Source of the DNA: Octopus sinensis
Taxonomy: Eukaryota
Assembly (NCBI RefSeq): GCF_006345805.1
Contig: NW_021834100.1
Location: forward strand, 1 to 26,003
Direction of reading: 5' to 3'
DNA length: 26,003 nt
Made by a program: the position numbers and the translations under genes. Under the pieces are notes generated by a model that did not search any database, had not been told where the DNA came from, and saw only the letters and a program-made list of their open reading frames with translations. Shown here piece by piece: positions 19,087-26,003 of this stretch. The stretch's first letter is position 1. Every line of letters begins with the position of its first letter.

Positions 19087-21573
19087 TTGAAGGGAGCAAG
19101 CTAGCAGAATCAATAACACAGGCAAAATGCTTAATAAAATTTCTTCTGACTCGTTCCATTCCGAGTTCAAATCCCACTGATGTCGACTTTGTCTTTCATC
19201 CTTTCAGGGTCAGAATGATAAGTACCAGTTTAATACTGGGGTCAGTGTTATCGATTAATCCCCTTTCCCCAAAATGCTGGCCTTGTGCTGAAATTTGAAA
19301 CCATTATCATTATTGAGTGAGAGAGCAGTGCATGCCATCAAAGTGAAACAGGTAGAAATACACAAAGCCCAACATGCCTACCCGTCTGATAAGGGTACAT
19401 CAGGTACATGCATCACAACCATATGTGCGTGACATGGTGATCTCATATCAAGATAAACAGCGCATGACCTTGCAGGTGGGGCCCAGTTAGAATTTTCTTC
19501 AGGTTGAGTAACCCATCCCGCTAAAAAGGTCCCTGATTAAGGGTTGTTTAAGGATGTTGAACGAACCACCTATGTTTCCAGAGGTGTATTATTCAAACCC
19601 CAAAGAATCCCTCTCAACACATGGCCATGATGCTCTCCCACTACTTCTGCTCGTGACCAGAGATGCACATATCGTCAGCCACTAAGGGACATGCTCAACT
19701 GGTTTAAGGTCAAACAACTGACAAGCAAATCTGTGGTATTGAGCAGAATATTTGCTGTAAAACCCATCTTTTATACCAAGACAAAACAATGTACATGATA
19801 ACACTTCCAATCAGTTAAGATCAGAAGCCACGAGAATCACTGCCTGGTACTGCATCAGGGCATTTATTATTATTATTCTTATTATTATTTTGAAGGCAGT
19901 GAACTGGCAGAATTGTTAGTATACCAGGTGAAATGCTCTGCAGCTTTTGTCCATCTTTATGTTCCGAGTTCAAATTCTGCTGAGGTCAACTTTGCCTTTC
20001 AGCCTTTTGGGATTGATAAATTAAGTACCTATGAAACATTGGGGGGGGGTCGATGTCATTGACTAGCACCCTCCCCACAAAATCCAGGCCTTGTGCCTAT
20101 AGTAGAAAGGATTATTATTATTTTGTTCTGAGTTCAAATTTCTCCAGGGTCGACTTTACCTTTCATCCTATTGGGGTCAATAAATTAAATATCAGTACTG
20201 GGGTCGATAAATTAAGCACCAGTGAAACACAGGGGTCAATGTAATCAACTATTTTCCACCCCACAAATTGCAGGCCTTGTGCCTATAGCAGAAAGGTTTA
20301 TTGTTACTATTATTATATTATTATTATTATTATTATTATTTTGAAGGGAGCAAGCTAGAAGAATCAATAACACAGGCAAAATGCTTAATAAAATTTCTTC
20401 TGACTCGTTCCATTCCGAGTTCAAATCCCACTGATGTGACTTTGTCTTTCATCCTTTCAGGGTCAGAATGATAAGTACCAGTTTAATACTGGGGTCAGTG
20501 TTATCGATTAATCCCCTTTCCCCAAAATGCTGGCCTTGTGCTGAAATTTGAAACCATTATCATTATTGAGTGAGAGAGCAGTGCATGCCATCAAAGTGAA
20601 ACAGGTAGAAATACACAAAGCCCAACATGCCTACCCGTATGATAAAGGGTACATCAGGTACATGCATCACAACAATATGTGCGTGACATGGTGATCTCAT
20701 ATCAAGATAAACAGCGCATGACCTGCAGGTGGGGCCCAGCCAGTTAGAATTTTCTTCAGGTTGAGTAACCCATCCCGCTAAAAAGGTCCCTGATTAAGGG
20801 TTGTTTAAGGATGTTGAACGAACCACCTATGTTTCCAGAGGGTATTATTCAAACCCCAAAGAACCCTCTCAACACATGGCCATGATGCTCTCCCACTACT
20901 TCTGCTCGTGACCAGAGATGCACATATCGTCAGCCACTAAGGGACATGCTCAACTGGTTTAAGGTCAAACAACTGACAAGCAAATCTGTGGTATTGAGCA
21001 GAATATTTGCTGTTAAAAACCCATCTTTTATACAAGACAAAACAATGTACATGATAACACTTCCAATCAGTTAAGATCAGAAGCCACGAGAATCACTGCC
21101 TGGTACTGCATCAGGGCATTTATTATTATTATTCTTATTATTATTTTGAAGGCAGTGAACTGGCAGAATGTTAGTATACCAGGTGAAATGCTCTGCAGCT
21201 TTTGTCCATCTTTATGTTCCGAGTTCAAATTCTGCTGAGGTCAACTTTGCCTTTCAGCTTTTGGGATTGATAATTAAGTACCTATGAAACATTGGGGGGG
21301 TCGATGTCATTGACTAGCACCCTCCCACAAAAACAGGCCTTTGCTATAGTAGAAAGGATTATTATTATTTTGTCCTGAGTTCAAATTTCTCCAGGGTCGA
21401 CTTTACCTTTCATCCTTTTGGGGTCAATAAATTAAATATCAGTACTGGGGTCGATAAATTAAGCACCAGTGAAACACAGGGGTCAATGTAATCAACTATT
21501 TTCCACCCCACAAATTGCAGGCCTTGTGCCTATAGCAGAAAGGTTTATTGTTACTATTATTATTATTATTATT
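19087..21573 (+). repeat. Direct tandem duplication of about 1.25 kb (19087-20340 and 20341-21573)
   Basis: Collinear match with the offset shrinking from 1254 to 1247. Each copy holds SINEs (19088-19300, 19893-20110, 20125-20297) and an unclassified segment of about 550 bp (19315-19864). Confidence 0.95.
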
Positions 21574-21978
21574 GGTATTTTATTAATTATTAATATGACC
21601 GTCCAGATTTACACAATGGCAACCGGATAGTTGTTTTGTTCATTTGAGATCAGATCAGGACTTGCAAAACCAGCTGAGGTTGGTTTTGTTTTTCTCTTCT
21701 TCCCTGGTTAATAAAAAAACGGGGTCACTCTCAATTGGGTTTGATATGATCAGCTTACACCCCTACATCTCAAGCCACCCCCTTACACCTTACTAGTTCA
21801 CTTGGCTTTGTGCCTAGATCTTATGGTTATTGGTTAACCTCCTTCAACTAGACCGACCCATGTTATTGGCGTGCAAGGCAATTACTTTCAACAACCTTCC
21901 AAGACCACAGAGCTATTATTACTACCTTGTGGTGTTTACTGAACTTATGTCAGTGTTATACTCCCTTCGTTATATTCT

Positions 21979-22026
21979 CTAACTTTGTTTCTTCCAATTT
22001 TATTTCATTTTTTTTTTCAGGTATGT
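21979..22026 (+). other. Candidate recursive (zero-length exon) splice site
   Basis: CTAAC at 21979-21983, a pyrimidine tract, CAG at 22018-22020, then immediately GTATGT. Confidence 0.35.
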
Positions 22027-22148
22027 CTTTTTTTTTAATTTTCAGATAATTAACTGATTGATGTAGAAGCATCTACGTCTTTGTACAGCTTCCCACACTA
22101 GATAACTTTTTTCCATTTTCATTCTGTTCTTTTCTTTCTTTCAGCTCC

Positions 22149-22179
<31 letters not shown>

Positions 22180-22182
<3 letters not shown>

Positions 22183-22607
22183 TTCTCTATATAAACGGCA
22201 GTTTATCTGTCTGTGTTTCTGTGTGTCTGTCAGGTTGTACCCTCACCCTGACCACGGCTTTCAACCGATTCTGATGAAACTTGACACACACATAGCCCAA
22301 TGTCATAATTCAAAACTAACGCAGCGAAAATTTTGAAAAGTTCCCCCAGTTCTGAAAAAAATCGATAATTCGACATGTGGTCGAGAATCTAAGCTTTTTA
22401 TATGCAACACATTTTCTGTCTAGGGGACACAACTCGACAGCTAGGGACAGCTAGGAACATCGTATACACAGAAGTATTCGAGTGAAGAGAAGACATTGCA
22501 ACCTACACATGCGCCTTCGTTCCCTAGAGGGAAAGAACTAGATTGGGATTAGTCATTGCCTACTAGGGGCTCTTACATACCCGGGCAACGCCGGGCTATG
22601 CTGCTAG
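22180..22607 (+). mobile_element. Non-autonomous Helitron (second family), about 428 bp
   Basis: A|TC 5' end (TCTTTCTCTATATAAAC); CCCGGGCAACGCCGGG hairpin and CTAG|T 3' end. Confidence 0.8.
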
Positions 22608-22844
22608 TATATATATATGTGTGTGTGTATGTTTCTAGAGAGAAAGAGAGATAGCTTACTGTCTGTAGTAGAATTGATGCTCTCAACGACAGTGTATCAT
22701 TCTGCAGAGTACGGTGATTCGCATATCTGTACCCTTCTATATATGTAAAGGGAAAGTTTACGAAAATAAACAAAAGGCGAAGGCAGGTGGTGTACAAACA
22801 AACAGATGTATTAGTATGGTGCTCAGGAATAGAAATAGAACAAG

Positions 22845-22882
22845 TCTTTTACGTTTCGAGCCTACGCTCTTCGACAGAAAGA
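22845..22882 (-). ncRNA. Degenerate minimal hammerhead-like fold inside a dispersed repeat (about 22760-22935)
   Basis: UCUUU CUGUCGA A GAGC GUAG GCUC GAAA CG UA^ AAAGA: stems I and II pair, but the core has A6->U and one extra A. Confidence 0.4.
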
Positions 22883-22944
22883 TACACAGAAAAGAAACAG
22901 AGAGAAAAAAATGCGTGTAGGAGCTAACGATCTATCATGGCATC

Positions 22945-23440
22945 CTGGTTAACCTATATATATAATATATATATATATATAATATATATCTATAGATATG
23001 TGTGTTGTTGTGGGTATATATGTGTGTGTGTGTGTGGGTATATATGGTGTGTGGTGTGTGGGTATATATGTGTGTGTGGGGGGTATATATATGTGTGTGT
23101 GTGTGGGTATATATATGTGTGTGTGGATATATATATATATAATATATATGTGGGTATATATATATATATATCTATATATGGGTATACACTTGCACACACA
23201 TTTATATACATCTGTATATGTATATTTTATGTGTGTGTGCTAATATTGATGTCACATCTACTCTATCACTTATCTGTTTATATACATATATATAATACAT
23301 GTGTGTATATAAATATATAGTGCAAGAGTGTATATAAATATATAGTGCAAGAGTGTATATATATAATACATATATATATGTAATGTATATATAATGCATG
23401 TATATATTTATAAAATACATATACACACATATATAAACAA
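22945..23440. repeat. Compound (TA)n/(TG)n microsatellite with GTGTGGGTATATAT higher-order units
   Basis: Direct inspection. Confidence 0.92.
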
Positions 23441-23491
23441 GCACACTAGCTAGTCAAGAAAAGCTCTATAAGAGATGAAAGTGTTTATAAT

Positions 23492-23698
23492 GAAAAGCTG
23501 GCAGGATCATTAGTATACTGGAGAAAATACTTCATCGCATTTTGTCCGTCGCTAAGTTCTGAGTTCAAATTCTGCGTAGGTCGAATTTGCCTTTTGTACT
23601 TTGGGCCTCAATGAATTAAGTACCAGTAGAACACTGGGTTTGATGTAATCATGTAGTCCCCTCCTCCAAAATTTCAGGCTTTGTGCCTTTAGCAAAAA
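23492..23698 (+). mobile_element. Diverged tRNA-derived SINE (1487 family)
   Basis: GCTGGCAG start, B-box GAGTTCAAATTC, AAGTACCAG. Confidence 0.8.
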
Positions 23699-23870
23699 GG
23701 GCACGTAAAAAGCACCCACTACACTCATGGAGTGGTTGGTGTTAGGAAGGGCATCCAGCTGTAGAAACACTGCCAGATCAGACTGGGCTTGGCGCAGCCT
23801 ACTGGCTTCCCAGACCCCAGTTGAACCGTCCAACCCGTACTAGCGCGGAAAACGGACGTTAAACGATGAT
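23699..23870 (+). mobile_element. RTE 3' terminal fragment
   Basis: Homologous to 8318-8490; ends ACGTTAAACGATGAT. Confidence 0.9.
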
Positions 23871-23900
23871 TATTATTATTATTATTATCATTATTTTATT

Positions 23901-24080
23901 AAGGTGATGAGCTGGCAGAGTTGTTAGTATATTGGATAAGATGCTCAGAGGCATTTCTCACGGCTTTACGTTTGGAGTTCAGATTCCACTGAGTTTGACT
24001 TGGCCTGTCATCCTGTCAGGGTTGATAAAATAAAGTCCTAACCATGCATCAGCCATGATGTAATCAACTTGTGTCCATGT
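23901..24080 (+). mobile_element. Diverged tRNA-derived SINE (1487 family)
   Basis: AAGGTGATGAGCTGGCAGAG start, GAGTTCAGATTCC B-box, GACTTGGCCTGTCATCC. Confidence 0.75.
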
Positions 24081-24212
24081 TATGAAGGATTTTTATTATT
24101 TCCGTCAAGGAAAGGTCCTAGGAAGAGGGGGACCACCAGGGGTAGTTTTGGGACGCCTCCACATAGTCACAGATTACTCGGCTGCATCGAAGGCAAGGGG
24201 AAAAGCTATTAA

Positions 24213-24434
24213 CCCCTTTGTTAATGCATTTATTTTGTGATGTTCTGTGTTTCTTTCAATTAATTTTAAATATAACAAAGAATTTAGTAAAATAACTTAG
24301 TTATCATTAAGCTAGTGTTAGGAACATAAATTGTGACTAAGGTTTGGTGGAAGATTTTAATTCAAAACTTATGAAAACAAGACATTTGTACTACAAAGCC
24401 AAAGGTGGTTTCAGCCAGGTTGGTATCAAAAGGG
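24213..24434 (+). mobile_element. TTAA MITE, 222 bp
   Basis: TTAA-CCCCTTTG ... CAAAAGGG-TTAA. Confidence 0.88.
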
Positions 24435-24465
24435 TTAAGAATTGTTTTTCTATCATATACTTTAA

Positions 24466-24688
24466 CCCTTTTGTTACTATATTTCTGTTGAGATACTCTG
24501 TGTTTCTTTCAATTAATTTTAAATATAACAAAGAATTTAGTAAAATAACTTAGTTATCATTAAGCTGGTGTTAGGAACATAAATTGTGACTAAGGTTTGG
24601 TGGAAGATTTTAATTAAAAACTTATAAAAAACAAGACATTTGTACTACAGAGCCAGAGCTGGTTTCAGCCGGGTTGGTAACAAAAAGG
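24466..24688 (+). mobile_element. TTAA MITE, second adjacent copy
   Basis: TTAA-CCCTTTTG ... CAAAAAGG-TTAA; collinear with 24213-24434. Confidence 0.88.
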
Positions 24689-24719
24689 TTAAACTGATGA
24701 GAAGATGAGTCATCAGTTA

Positions 24720-25855
24720 GAATGGTTCTTGACCATTTCTTTGACCTGAAACACACGGCTTGTTCCTGCTGTAGGGCACTGCGAAAAAATCGTTCAAGGG
24801 GGCTCAAATGTTGGATGGCTTGTCGCATGAATTATGTTACTACTTGCCAGACTGGTTTGCCGTTCATTGCAGCTGGCAGCAGCCTTCTTAGTCGGTGGTA
24901 TATATATATATATATATATATATATGCTTACATACACACATACATGGATTGGTTGTGCTGCTGAAAAGGAATCCAAAAATCAAGGAAGTAACAGCAACTT
25001 TGGACTGACAACATAACTAAACATAGAGGCATGGAGTCGGAAGATCTTGGCAAAAGGATGGTGATGTGCAAGTGTGTACAGTCCCTCATAAATCTATCTG
25101 TGATAATCTCTACTTTATATACTTTGTAGAGTGGCTTGGGAATAATCTGGCTTTAGTGGAACACTGTTCTTTTGAATTTGTCTAAGCATGGCATCTGTCC
25201 CCTGAGTTGCTGATTTTGATTCCATTTCCAGATCCTGGATCAACCATGGCGATGTACAGCAGCGTTTACTTGGTGAAATGGCCATATTTCACAACAGATT
25301 CATATCGCATGCTCGGTTCATCGAAGCCATGCCATCTCCTCTATCCTGTAAATTGTGGTGCTGGCGCTGTTGGAAGTTCAAGACTTTGAAGGGCATCTTG
25401 CTAAAACTGGGGCCAAGGAAAGTCATGCCTGTATATGTGAAGAATGTTACGGGAGCGTAGCAGTGGACATTCAGAAGTTGATGCTGGCACAAAGCAGATG
25501 GAGCAAGTTGGTCAGCTTAAGGGGCTAGATCCATGCCAGACAGTAAGTTCTGTTGCGGTACTCGGTGTTAGGTTTGGGCTCTGCTTTCAAGTGGACAAAA
25601 TACTTTGAAGTGCTTGTGAGCAGGGCAGCCAGTCTCAATCAGAAATGGGTCGAGAAGAAGCTGTCTTTGGAAGGCAGGGTGAGCTAATACCTGCGGTGTC
25701 TGAGAGTGAGGTGGGGTCCTACAGTCTAACCATTGTGCCTTGTCACAGGGCTATCTAACCAGACCGGTGCACAAGCTCTTTGATTTGTGCGTGATAGAGG
25801 CGGGTTCTAGTGGTCAAGATGTCCAGCTACCGCCAACATCCACCCTTTGAGGTAG
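24720..25855 (+). pseudogene. Highly degenerate Tx1/L1-clade reverse transcriptase relic, interrupted by (TA)n at about 24899-24940
   Basis: Ordered motifs across frames: LDGLSHEL (cf. DGLPYE), SNFGLTT*LN, KILAK, CTVPHKSICDNL, NGHIS, IVVLALL, YVKNVT (cf. YADDVT), VLGVRFG, WVEKKLSLEGRV (cf. WxxRxLSLxGR). Confidence 0.75.
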
Positions 25856-25868
25856 TCTCTGAATATAT

Positions 25869-26003
25869 ATTTCTTTACTACCCACAAGGGGCTAAATACA
25901 GAGAGGGGACAAACGAGGACAGACTAACGGATTAAGTCAATTATATCGCCGCCAGTGCGTAACTGGTACTTATTTAATCGACCCGAAAGGATGAAAGGCA
26001 AAA
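25869..26003 (-). mobile_element. tRNA-derived SINE (1487 family), truncated by the window end
   Basis: Reverse complement of TTTGCCTTTCATCCTTTCGGGTCGAT...GTGGGTAGTAAAGAAAT. Confidence 0.88.

Noticed and set aside
22271-22350. CTGATGA on the + strand as a hammerhead core
   Set aside because: No paired stem II, GAAA and NUH arrangement follows. It lies within the Helitron TTCAACCGATTCTGATGAAAC segment.
24692-24718. AACTGATGA...TCATCAGTT hairpin as a ribozyme
   Set aside because: CUGAUGA is sequestered in a simple 9-bp stem and no GAAA follows.

Overview
Repeat-dense eukaryotic DNA, not prokaryotic. The mix of repeat families (tRNA-derived SINEs, an RTE LINE with a (GAT)n tail, TTAA MITEs, short Helitrons, long TA/TG microsatellites) resembles an Octopus or other coleoid cephalopod genome; this is recalled, not checked. 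No long intact ORF is present, and almost all entries in the ORF track are microsatellite, tandem-repeat or TE artefacts. TE coding relics are RTE (1035-1160, 7528-7900, 14640-14969), a CR1/L2-like LINE (12949-13330), mariner (13593-15224, interrupted) and Tx1/L1 RT (24720-25855). A host gene on the + strand is plausible. It would have a CpG-rich first exon ending ATG GCG TCT CAG GAG AAG ATG CAC G|gtgagt (2211-2235), two candidate 9-nt phase-1 microexons (16341-16349, 18592-18600) and an AG|GTATGT zero-length site (22020/22021). The most unusual signal is a set of small inverted-repeat or other short repeat elements beside (TA)n that carry type I hammerhead ribozyme folds, all on the minus strand: complete at 8664-8743, stem-I-less or permuted at 3275-3388, and degenerate at 22845-22882. 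Other structures are two oppositely oriented 100-bp tandem arrays derived from the RTE 3' UTR, a 3.3-kb AAAGTCAA-(TA)n satellite enclosed by inverted arms, and a 1.25-kb tandem duplication that may be an assembly artefact. All coordinates were counted by hand and may be off by a few bases.
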